Positions 26,134-33,797 of a stretch of 64,000 nucleotides of DNA are shown here, piece by piece. This DNA is from a virus: the IMG/VR virus record IMGVR_UViG_3300017766_005733, positions 67,626-131,625 of that record; one strand, written 5' to 3'. The notes below the pieces were generated by a model. The model saw only the letters and a list, made by a program, of their open reading frames with translations. It made no database searches and was not told where the DNA came from. Both the position numbers and the translations under genes were made by a program. Within the stretch, counting starts at the first letter, position 1. Each line of letters opens with the position of its first letter.

Positions 26134-26987
26134 AGCGACTTGCTGTAGCGAGTCGCCAACCACCCGAGGTCCGGATTCTTCTCCACTGCCCGCTGGAGAC
26201 GGATCTGGAACTCGGGTGCCGGCATGTACGAAAGCCGCTCCTTGAGCGTTTCCGCGTGTTCAAAGCGGTCGTCGGGGGTGTTGTGGTCGATCAACGCCTC
26301 CAGAGCATCATGATCGAGGGCCTCCGTGGCCTTGCTGTCAAGGGCAACGAAGGCGCTGACATGCTTGGTCTTGGCCGCCTGCAGGCTCAGCAGATGGACG
26401 AGCCGCTGCTGAACGTAGTGGCGCAGCAGGCGACGGGTGCCGTCGGCGTCATTGGGGCGACGGTAGCGGTGATGGAAGTTGGTGGCCCAGATGACGCCGG
26501 CGTTGACGAGGTCGCCGTGGCTGAGGCAGGCACGACGCAGGCCCAAGGAGTTGGCCCAGCTGGCGCAGAAGCCATTCACCGTCGCCGTGATCGTCGGCAT
26601 GTAGGTAGCCAAGGCCTCCGGCGAGAGATCGGGGGCCTGAGCGTACTCGGCAAGACGCAGGGCGCTGAGGCCCGCCTGCTGCTGGCGCCGGGCACGAGTG
26701 CGGCTGCGCATAGGGTTGGGCTTGCCGAAGCCGGCGGCGGAGGTCATGGACCAGAAGGCGGCCAGCGACGTATCGGGGTTGGATGAGGCCAGCGCCCGCA
26801 CGTCAATCGCGTGGTTGGACCACATGGGCGCCGAAGACTTGCGGGAGTCGAAGAGGCGGAAGGCAAGCTCGCCGATGACGATGGTGCTATCCGAAGTCAG
26901 ACGATGCGGGATCTTCAGATGACCGAGCCACGACGTCAGGACGTTGGTGGCGACGAGAAACGGGGTCTGGCTACGGGACAGCGACAT
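26100..26987 (-). CDS. Hypothetical protein with a possible divergent sigma region-2-like domain
   Basis: AAGGAG SD before ATG 26987; fills the gap between primase and helicase; YMPTITATV...LSHGDLVNAG..W pattern. Confidence 0.65.
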   Translation of the reverse strand: MSLSRSQTPFLVATNVLTSWLGHLKIPHRLTSDSTIVIGELAFRLFDSRKSSAPMWSNHAIDVRALASSNPDTSLAAFWSMTSAAGFGKPNPMRSRTRARRQQQAGLSALRLAEYAQAPDLSPEALATYMPTITATVNGFCASWANSLGLRRACLSHGDLVNAGVIWATNFHHRYRRPNDADGTRRLLRHYVQQRLVHLLSLQAAKTKHVSAFVALDSKATEALDHDALEALIDHNTPDDRFEHAETLKERLSYMPAPEFQIRLQRAVEKNPDLGWLATRYSKSLQRKLTNTIVE

Positions 26988-26992
26988 GGGGC

Positions 26993-27043
26993 TTGACTCC
27001 TTACGGTTTCGCCGTATGCTATGCGCCAAAGGCTTTTCGTCAA
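26993..27043. promoter_or_regulatory. Overlapping oppositely oriented sigma70-like promoters
   Basis: Plus strand: TTGACT(26993)-N16-TATGCT(27015). Minus strand: TTGACG(27043)-N16-TAGCAT(27021). Confidence 0.45.
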
Positions 27044-27062
27044 GAAAAAATAAGGGACTTCA

Positions 27063-28547
27063 ATGAGCGATTCGCAGGACCTGCAGGCCCCACCTCTCCC
27101 CTTCTCAATCGCTAAGCAGGACGCCCTGCTTGGCCACTTGCTTTTCGACGAGAAGTTCTTCCTGCAGGGGCGCGAACTCATCACCCCCGACCTGCTGGTT
27201 GACCCTTGGGCCTCCAAGACGTGGGAGCATGCCCTTGGCTTCAATCGCCGCTGGAGCCGCCCGCCGTCTGAGGCCGAACTCCGGGAGTCCTCGGAGGTCA
27301 TGGCCGAGGAACAGGGGGCGCGAAACAAGGTCTACGCCAAGATCGCCCAAGCCAAAGACGCGATGCGTCGCTATGGCCTCGATGTTCTGCGAGAAGAACT
27401 CGACTCGTGGATTCACGGCGCCATCTACCGCCGCGGCGTCGAGGAAAGCGCCAAACTCTTCCACAAGGGCAAGTTCAAAGAGGCCTTTGAGACGATGCGC
27501 GGGGCCAGCCGCAGCATCGACAACATCTCCTTCACCGAGACCGCGGAAGTCGACTTCAGCAGCGGCCTCGCCTTCCTTGAGCATCAACGTACGGAGTCGG
27601 CAAAGGCTCTGACGTTTGGCGTCACGGCCATGGATCGCCTGCTGTTGCCGGCCAACAAGACCGGGAGCCTGCTGCCGGGTGACCAGACGATCCTGCTGGC
27701 GCCGACGAACATCGGCAAGTCGACGGCCATGATCACCGTCGCCCGCCACAACATCCTTCGCGGCAAGTCGGTGCTCTACTTCACCCACGAGGGCCGCGCC
27801 AGCGACCTGCAGGAGAAGCTGTGGAAGAGCATCCTCAACGTCAACACCCAGCAGCTGTATGAACTGCAGACGACCGAAGAGGGCCGCCGGCGCCTCGCCA
27901 ACGCGCAGGCCTACCTGAGCCGGTTCCTGACCTACATCCCCATTCACCGCCCGTCGCTGACCGTCGAAGAACTCGACGGCATCATTCGTCGCTGCTTCGA
28001 CAAGCGCATGGCCAAGTATGGCACGGGCTACGACATGGTCGTCGACGATTACCCAGCAAAGTTGACGACGCAGCAGGCCGCCAAAGGCAATATGCAGCGG
28101 CGTCAGAAGGACGAGTACGTCTACGATTACATGAATCGTCAGGCCTCGGAGATGGGCTACCACAACCTCGTGGCGATTCAGGGCAACCGCGAAGCCAGCC
28201 GCATCAACCGGCGGGAAAAGGGCTGCGAGGAGCGACTGCTGACGCCCGAGGACGTCGCGGAGTCCTTTGGCGCCATGATGGTGGCCACCAACGTCATCTC
28301 CATCAACCGCGACCCTTCGGCCATCGCCAACAACCGCGTGACCTACTACGTCGGCAAGAGCCGGTCATCAGAAACCGGCTGGGCCGTCGTCTGCAAGAGC
28401 AACTACAGCCACGCGCTGACGCACGGTGACGACATGGGTGCTACTTGGTATCGAGGCACCAGCCCGCTTTCGGATCAGGTCGATAGCCTGCTGGCGCAGT
28501 ACAAGGGGCAGGCGCTGCCGGAAGCGCACTGGGGCTTTGCGTCATGA
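27063..28547 (+). CDS. Replicative DnaB/gp41-like helicase
   Basis: LLAPTNIGKST, FTHE, VVDDYP, AIQGNRE, DVAESFG, KSR. Confidence 0.9.
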   Translation: MSDSQDLQAPPLPFSIAKQDALLGHLLFDEKFFLQGRELITPDLLVDPWASKTWEHALGFNRRWSRPPSEAELRESSEVMAEEQGARNKVYAKIAQAKDAMRRYGLDVLREELDSWIHGAIYRRGVEESAKLFHKGKFKEAFETMRGASRSIDNISFTETAEVDFSSGLAFLEHQRTESAKALTFGVTAMDRLLLPANKTGSLLPGDQTILLAPTNIGKSTAMITVARHNILRGKSVLYFTHEGRASDLQEKLWKSILNVNTQQLYELQTTEEGRRRLANAQAYLSRFLTYIPIHRPSLTVEELDGIIRRCFDKRMAKYGTGYDMVVDDYPAKLTTQQAAKGNMQRRQKDEYVYDYMNRQASEMGYHNLVAIQGNREASRINRREKGCEERLLTPEDVAESFGAMMVATNVISINRDPSAIANNRVTYYVGKSRSSETGWAVVCKSNYSHALTHGDDMGATWYRGTSPLSDQVDSLLAQYKGQALPEAHWGFAS

Positions 28548-29149
28548 ACTTGAACTCACCCGTCCTCGCCTTCTTTTGGCGCCATCGCGTCAAGGTCGCC
28601 GTCGTCCTCGGCCTCCTGTTTCTGGCCGGCTTCTCGTTCGGCCTCGGCCGCCTGACGGCCAGCGAGCGCGTGGAGTACCGCGAGCGACTGAAGGTGATGA
28701 CGGTGGAGAAGGAGCGCATCGTCTGGCGCGAGAAGGCAGTTGAGGCCAAGATCGTGGACCGCGAGAAGAGCGGCAAAACGACCAAGAAGACGACGGAAGT
28801 CGAGCGCCCGGATGGCACCAAGGAAAAGACGACCGAGGAGACGACCGAGGACAAGGAAGTCGAGAAGCAGATCGAGATCCGCTACGTCGACCGTGTCGTC
28901 GAGAAGCAGGTCGAGGTCGTCAAGGAAGTCGAGAAGGAAGTCGAGAAGATCGTCGAAAAGCCCTTGCCTGACTGGCGCATCTCACCTATGGTGGGACTGA
29001 GTGTCCCCGGTCTGCTGCAGGATGGCCTCAGCGATCGTCAGCTGGTCTTTGGCGTCGAAGGCCAGAGACGCATCGTTGGTCCGCTTTCCGGCGGCATCTG
29101 GGGCCTTAGCAACGGCGCCGTTGGCGTTTCACTGTCACTGGAGTTCTGA
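28544..29149 (+). CDS. Membrane protein: N-terminal TM helix, charged stalk, C-terminal beta-strands ending in Phe (spanin candidate)
   Basis: VAVVLGLLFLAGFSFGLG; E/K/V repeats; ...GAVGVSLSLEF. Confidence 0.75.
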   Translation: MNLNSPVLAFFWRHRVKVAVVLGLLFLAGFSFGLGRLTASERVEYRERLKVMTVEKERIVWREKAVEAKIVDREKSGKTTKKTTEVERPDGTKEKTTEETTEDKEVEKQIEIRYVDRVVEKQVEVVKEVEKEVEKIVEKPLPDWRISPMVGLSVPGLLQDGLSDRQLVFGVEGQRRIVGPLSGGIWGLSNGAVGVSLSLEF

Positions 29150-29586
29150 TGTCGAAGCCCCTCGTGTCTTTCAAGCGCATTCACCCTCAGGCCAAGATGC
29201 CGGAGTATGCCACGCCCGAGGCCTCGGGTGCGGATCTCTTTGCCGTTGAGGATGTCATCATCCCCGGCAACGCGGCCGTTCTCGTGAAGACGGGCCTGCA
29301 GGTGGAGTTGGCGCCGGGTTGGGAGATCCAAGTCCGTTCCAAGAGCGGACTGGCGCTCAAGGACGGCCTTCATGTACTCAACTCGCCGGGGACCGTCGAC
29401 AGCGACTACCGTGGTGAGATCGGTGTCGTTCTCGCCAACATAAACCAGTCGCCGCGAGCGCTGAAGGCCGGTCAGAAGGTGGCACAGATCGTCGTGTCGC
29501 CGGTGACGCAGGCTAAGTTCAAGATGGTCGAGGACCTTTCGACGACGACCCGCGGCGAAGGCGGCTTCGGGAGCACGGGACTGTGA
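29149..29586 (+). CDS. dut: Trimeric dUTPase
   Basis: ASGADL, RSKSGLA, GTVDSDYRGEI, KVAQIV, RGEGGFGSTG. Confidence 0.96.
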   Translation: MSKPLVSFKRIHPQAKMPEYATPEASGADLFAVEDVIIPGNAAVLVKTGLQVELAPGWEIQVRSKSGLALKDGLHVLNSPGTVDSDYRGEIGVVLANINQSPRALKAGQKVAQIVVSPVTQAKFKMVEDLSTTTRGEGGFGSTGL

Positions 29587-29777
29587 GTCACCAGCACGAT
29601 CGGTCTTGTCTCCACGAAACGGAGACGATGCACGACGCATTCTATGGCGAGGACAAGATGCCGTGGCCGCCTCATGCCTTTGGCGTCGTCAACAACGAAA
29701 TCTCGTGGCTGAAGCGGTTGTGGTTTCTGGTCTCCAACCCCTTCACCTACGTCTTCATGGGAAAGATCCGTTGGTGA
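29583..29777 (+). CDS. Hypothetical protein
   Basis: Short ORF coupled to dut. Confidence 0.55.
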   Translation: MSHQHDRSCLHETETMHDAFYGEDKMPWPPHAFGVVNNEISWLKRLWFLVSNPFTYVFMGKIRW

Positions 29778-29780
29778 ACG

Positions 29781-30032
29781 ATGTTTGAGCGAGCAACAAG
29801 CAAAGTGAGGTTGGGTAGCGGCCGCGTGCGGTACCGCACGGCCGTTACCGTTCAGGAGTCCGAGAAGGACTCCACCTCCGGCCGCGAACTCTTTCGGCGA
29901 CTGGCCGAGTTGATGTCGCTGCAGCCAGAACTCTGGCTCTGTGGCGGACATCTGCCCGATCGCGTCCTGTTGTCGTACGAGAACGGTCGCTGGGGCGCTG
30001 CCGCCGAGGCGGTGGTGCTGGAAGGCGACTGA
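29781..30032 (+). CDS. Hypothetical protein
   Basis: Short ORF filling the operon gap. Confidence 0.6.
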   Translation: MFERATSKVRLGSGRVRYRTAVTVQESEKDSTSGRELFRRLAELMSLQPELWLCGGHLPDRVLLSYENGRWGAAAEAVVLEGD

Positions 30033-30036
30033 GGGC

Positions 30037-30066
30037 TTGACGAACCGAGCGCCGTCTGCGTAGACT
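30037..30066 (+). promoter_or_regulatory. sigma70-type promoter, predicted leaderless
   Basis: TTGACG-N18-TAGACT-N6-ATG (30073). Confidence 0.65.
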
Positions 30067-30072
30067 GCGGCG

Positions 30073-30501
30073 ATGATCAGCGTCTACGCAGACGGCTCCT
30101 CCCACTCCTCGGGAGGACGCCCCGGTGGTTGGGCCTTTGTGATCCTGCATGCCGGCCGCCCCTTGGCCTCCGGCAACGGCGGTCACCCAGAAACCAGCAA
30201 CAACGCCATGGAGTTGACGGCCATCATCCGTGGGCTGTCGGCGGTGAAGCATCTGTGGCCTCAGGGGCCAGAGACGATGCTGGAAGTCGTCTCCGACAGC
30301 CAGTATGCCCTCGGCATGGCCTCAGGCGCCTATTCGCCGACACGCAACAAGGAACTCGTCGCCGACCTGCGGCAGCTGGTGCTGGAACTCAGCCCCCGCT
30401 TGCGTTGGGTCCGCGGCCATGGTAGCGACGTGTGGAACAACCGCGTTGACTCCCTCGCCAAGATGGCGAAGGAACAGATCGTATCAAAGGGGCAACAATG
30501 A
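30073..30501 (+). CDS. rnhA: Ribonuclease HI
   Basis: VYADGS, SNNAMELTAI, VSDSQY, WVRGH, NNRVDSLA. Confidence 0.95.
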   Translation: MISVYADGSSHSSGGRPGGWAFVILHAGRPLASGNGGHPETSNNAMELTAIIRGLSAVKHLWPQGPETMLEVVSDSQYALGMASGAYSPTRNKELVADLRQLVLELSPRLRWVRGHGSDVWNNRVDSLAKMAKEQIVSKGQQ

Positions 30502-31757
30502 CACTCGGAATCCTCAGGGCCGTCGACTTCAACGAACAGGAAGAGTCCGATGGTCAGCGGCAGTTTGCCGACGTCGTCCTGTCGAAGGAACAGACGACGG
30601 CTCGCGACACCATCGTGAAGGCCATCCGCGCGCGCAGGCCCCGCACGGTCTTGGGTGGCTATGCGGGCACCGGCAAAAGCACGCTGCTGGGGCACATGGC
30701 CCTTCACTTTCAGCACGACATGCGGCTGAACGTGGCCTACGCCGCGCCCACCGGTAAGGCCGCCGGCGTCTTGCGTCGCAGCCTCGGCGCCAACGGCGTC
30801 TCGCCGGGCTTCTGCGGCACCCTCCATCGCCTCATCTACCGCCCCAAGGTTGACGTCTCTGGCAACATCGCTGGCTGGGATCGAGTGCAGAGCCTCAACT
30901 ACGACCTGATCGTCGTCGATGAGGCGTCCATGGTCACCGGCCAGATCCTTGAGGATCTTGAGGAGTACGGCATCCCCGTCATCTTCTGTGGCGACCACGG
31001 CCAGCTGCCGCCGGTGGGCGAAGAAGTCAATCTGATGGCGGAACCCGACGTGAGGCTGGAAACCGTTCGGCGGCAGGCGCTGGAAAACCCCATCGTCGCC
31101 CTCGGCTTCCTCATCCGCGCCGGCGGCGACTGGCGCAAGTTCGTCGACGCCTGTCAGGCGCCGGAGATCGAGCGCGTTCACGCCCATGACTACATGGAGT
31201 ACGTCCTCGGCCTCTTCGACGGCTTCCAGAATCGGCCGATGTCGCAGGACCCGATGTTGGTGTGCCCCACGAACCGCCAGCGCACGGACCTCAACCGCGC
31301 CGTTCGCATGGGCCTGCGCAGCGACAAGGTGCTGGAGATCGGCGACCGCGTCATCTGCCTCAAGAACACCTACCTTGAGACGGGCATGGTCGCCAACGGC
31401 TTCCGCGGCCGCGTCACCAAGATCGGCTACGCCCGCAACCAGAACCAAATCTGCGGCGACGTCGTCTTCAGCGACGAGGGGCTGGCACTGGAACAGGGCT
31501 TCATGAACCGCCACCAGTTTGGGGTTGAGCAGACCTTCAAGACCATCGATGTCGTGCCCGGCGGCCCCGCGGCTTGGGATCAGGTGGGCATGCTCTTCGA
31601 CTACGGCTACGCCCTGACGGGCCACAAGTCGCAAGGCAGCCAAGCCGACCATGCCGTCGTCTTTGCGCAGCGCGGGGGCATGAAGGAAGACGACTGGCGG
31701 CGGTGGCTCTACACCACCACCCAGCGGGCGATGAAGAAACTCACGCTTGTCTATTGA
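30498..31757 (+). CDS. RecD/Dda-like SF1B helicase
   Basis: GYAGTGKS, APTGKAA, TLHRL, VDEASMV, GDHGQLPPV, YALTGHKSQGS, WLYT. Confidence 0.93.
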   Translation: MTLGILRAVDFNEQEESDGQRQFADVVLSKEQTTARDTIVKAIRARRPRTVLGGYAGTGKSTLLGHMALHFQHDMRLNVAYAAPTGKAAGVLRRSLGANGVSPGFCGTLHRLIYRPKVDVSGNIAGWDRVQSLNYDLIVVDEASMVTGQILEDLEEYGIPVIFCGDHGQLPPVGEEVNLMAEPDVRLETVRRQALENPIVALGFLIRAGGDWRKFVDACQAPEIERVHAHDYMEYVLGLFDGFQNRPMSQDPMLVCPTNRQRTDLNRAVRMGLRSDKVLEIGDRVICLKNTYLETGMVANGFRGRVTKIGYARNQNQICGDVVFSDEGLALEQGFMNRHQFGVEQTFKTIDVVPGGPAAWDQVGMLFDYGYALTGHKSQGSQADHAVVFAQRGGMKEDDWRRWLYTTTQRAMKKLTLVY

Positions 31758-31782
31758 CGGCGGCGTGGATTGCCTGTAGGGT
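31754..31782 (+). promoter_or_regulatory. sigma70-type promoter, predicted leaderless
   Basis: TTGACG-N17-TAGGGT-N6-ATG (31789). Confidence 0.65.
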
Positions 31783-31788
31783 ATCGGC

Positions 31789-32010
31789 ATGACCAATACC
31801 CGCAGCATCGCCGACATCCTCAACGAGCGCGCCGCCAAGGCTGAGCAGGGATCGTGGATTCCGGGGACGGGCGAGGAGCCCATCTTCACCCGCAGCCGCC
31901 GGCGCCTGCTCTACTGCTGGCAGCCGTCGACGGGCCGCAAGGCCTATCTTGATCTCGACACCGACCTGCTCCTCAGCGATGAAGAGGCTTGGTTGGCGTT
32001 GGCCGTCTGA
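31789..32010 (+). CDS. Hypothetical protein
   Basis: ORF directly after the promoter. Confidence 0.7.
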   Translation: MTNTRSIADILNERAAKAEQGSWIPGTGEEPIFTRSRRRLLYCWQPSTGRKAYLDLDTDLLLSDEEAWLALAV

Positions 32011-32020
32011 GGAGGTTTTT

Positions 32021-32197
32021 ATGGATGCCCATAGTCGCGCTCAAGCTGGTCTGAAGGGGTTCGCGGCCTGTCTCTGCCGCTACTGCAACGGCACTCCCCG
32101 CGCTCGCCGTCACGCCAAGAAGCAGTTCACCCGCGCCCTGCGCCGTAGCCGCCGGCGCGCGATCGCCGACGCCCAAAAAGAAACCGACCCCCAGTGA
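32021..32197 (+). CDS. Small basic hypothetical protein (CxCxxC)
   Basis: GGAGG SD, ATG 32021. Confidence 0.6.
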   Translation: MDAHSRAQAGLKGFAACLCRYCNGTPRARRHAKKQFTRALRRSRRRAIADAQKETDPQ

Positions 32198-32208
32198 GGG
32201 GGTCGGTG
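32174..32208 (-). terminator. Terminator between convergent operons
   Basis: ACCGACCCCC-AGTGA-GGGGGTCGGT with an A-run on its left (U-tract on the minus strand). Confidence 0.7.
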
Positions 32209-32228
32209 CCGGCCTGTCAGACACAAAC

Positions 32229-32546
32229 TCAGGGAATCACGGGAACGATGCCGGCTTCCTGACTGATTGCGGCGCCATCAGCCAGAAGGTACGCCGAGAG
32301 ATCGCTGCGGCCGTACCGGGGCACGGAGTCAGCCGACGTCTGGTCATTGGTGTAAAACCGCAAACCCACCTTGGTGCTGCTGCTGAGGTCGGTGACAACG
32401 CACTGACGACCAGCGACAGTGTTGGAACGGATCCAGACCGTGGCGCCGACCTTGAAGGCGACATTGGAGGTCACGGTCGCGTAGCCGTCGAGGCTACCGT
32501 TGGCCGTCAACGCCGAGTGGGTGCTGGAGACGTAAGACGATGACAT
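32229..32546 (-). CDS. Small beta-rich protein, probably virion-associated
   Basis: GGAG SD; last gene of the minus-strand structural cluster. Confidence 0.65.
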   Translation of the reverse strand: MSSSYVSSTHSALTANGSLDGYATVTSNVAFKVGATVWIRSNTVAGRQCVVTDLSSSTKVGLRFYTNDQTSADSVPRYGRSDLSAYLLADGAAISQEAGIVPVIP

Positions 32547-32632
32547 GACATACTCCGATGCAAAACCACAAGCGCAGAGCCGTAGCGGGCCCGCGACTAC
32601 CAGAGCCGCAGACCCGCTACATCAAGCCTTCA

Positions 32633-33115
32633 TCACACGAAGGTCAGCTTGAACAGCGAGACCTTGCCGTTCGGCAGGACGATCTCAACGAGCACGTCCT
32701 CAGCCGCGGCATCCGAGACCTTGAAGCTGAAGGCGCCGGCGGCCGTCGTCTCCATCCACATCTCGTTGAAGCCCGTGGCGGGCGTCGTCGTCTTCTTGAT
32801 CGTGCCCACGGCGGCGGTGGCGGCGCTCAGGTCGCCGCTGGCGTCGGTGACGGCAAGAGCGCGGATCAGCACCGGCTGCACGCCGCTGACGGCCGCACCG
32901 AGACCGTTGACGATCTGGCAGGCGACGTCGATGGCGTTCGCCGCCTCGGCGCCGATCGACACCGAGACCGAAGCGATCGGCGACTGCGGCATCTCGACCT
33001 TGCCGGTAACCGAGTTGATGCGCAGGGCCTCTTTCTTGGCCGATGCGCCGGCGCCACGGCGGTCGTAGGCCACCAGCACCATGTCTTCGTTCTGACGCTC
33101 TTCGATGATTGACAT
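32633..33115 (-). CDS. Probable virion protein (Ig-like or decoration)
   Basis: GAGGT SD; Ala/Val/Thr-rich; AATCTT motif upstream. Confidence 0.7.
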   Translation of the reverse strand: MSIIEERQNEDMVLVAYDRRGAGASAKKEALRINSVTGKVEMPQSPIASVSVSIGAEAANAIDVACQIVNGLGAAVSGVQPVLIRALAVTDASGDLSAATAAVGTIKKTTTPATGFNEMWMETTAAGAFSFKVSDAAAEDVLVEIVLPNGKVSLFKLTFV

Positions 33116-33161
33116 CTTGCTACCTCACTGAATGGCCATGGTGGCCTTTGAGACCGAAGAT

Positions 33162-33797
33162 TCAGATGGCGGCCGAAACCGGCGCCACCGATACCACCTG
33201 ATAAAGTTTCTGATTCTCTCTCCACATCACCTTAGCCTCCAGCTTTTGGAGTGGCAGGGACACAGAGGCACCCAGAGCCGGATCGGCGCAGAGAACTTCT
33301 CCGGCCTCCGTCAGCTGGTAGGCAAGGATGAAGTGCTCGCCCCCATCCTTGGGGTCGCCGTCGGTGGAGACGTGAATGATGGCGGCATCGCCGTCCTTCA
33401 GGGTCTCCTCAAGCAGCTTCTTGAGGCCGGGGTCACCGAACGGCGCCTTGAGGCGCTTGTCGGCGGGACACGACAGCCCCAGCGGCTTGGCGGCCAGCGA
33501 CATGATGAGGTTGCTGCCGTTCCAGCAGTTCACATGCTTCTTCAGCAGCTGGTTGGCGTCGCCGGGCGTGAACTCGGGGGTCTTGACGCCCAGCCAATGG
33601 GCGGCGAGCGTCAGCGACGTCACAAGGCAACCGGCCTTGCCCATGGTCGAAGACCCGAGCCCCAGCAGGTCATGACGCCAACGAGCATCCCCCTGCCAGA
33701 AGAAGCGCATCTTGCGGGGAGGCGGAAGAGGCGCCGAAGCCGGTGCCGCTTCCTTCTTGGATGAAGTCTCTTTCATAGAGTTCTTCCTTTCCATCAC
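33162..33797 (-). CDS. C39-like (papain-fold) peptidase, candidate endolysin or virion hydrolase
   Basis: WQGDARW...GCLVTSL (Cys), TP, HFIL (His), CADP (Asp). Confidence 0.75.
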   Translation of the reverse strand: MMERKNSMKETSSKKEAAPASAPLPPPRKMRFFWQGDARWRHDLLGLGSSTMGKAGCLVTSLTLAAHWLGVKTPEFTPGDANQLLKKHVNCWNGSNLIMSLAAKPLGLSCPADKRLKAPFGDPGLKKLLEETLKDGDAAIIHVSTDGDPKDGGEHFILAYQLTEAGEVLCADPALGASVSLPLQKLEAKVMWRENQKLYQVVSVAPVSAAI

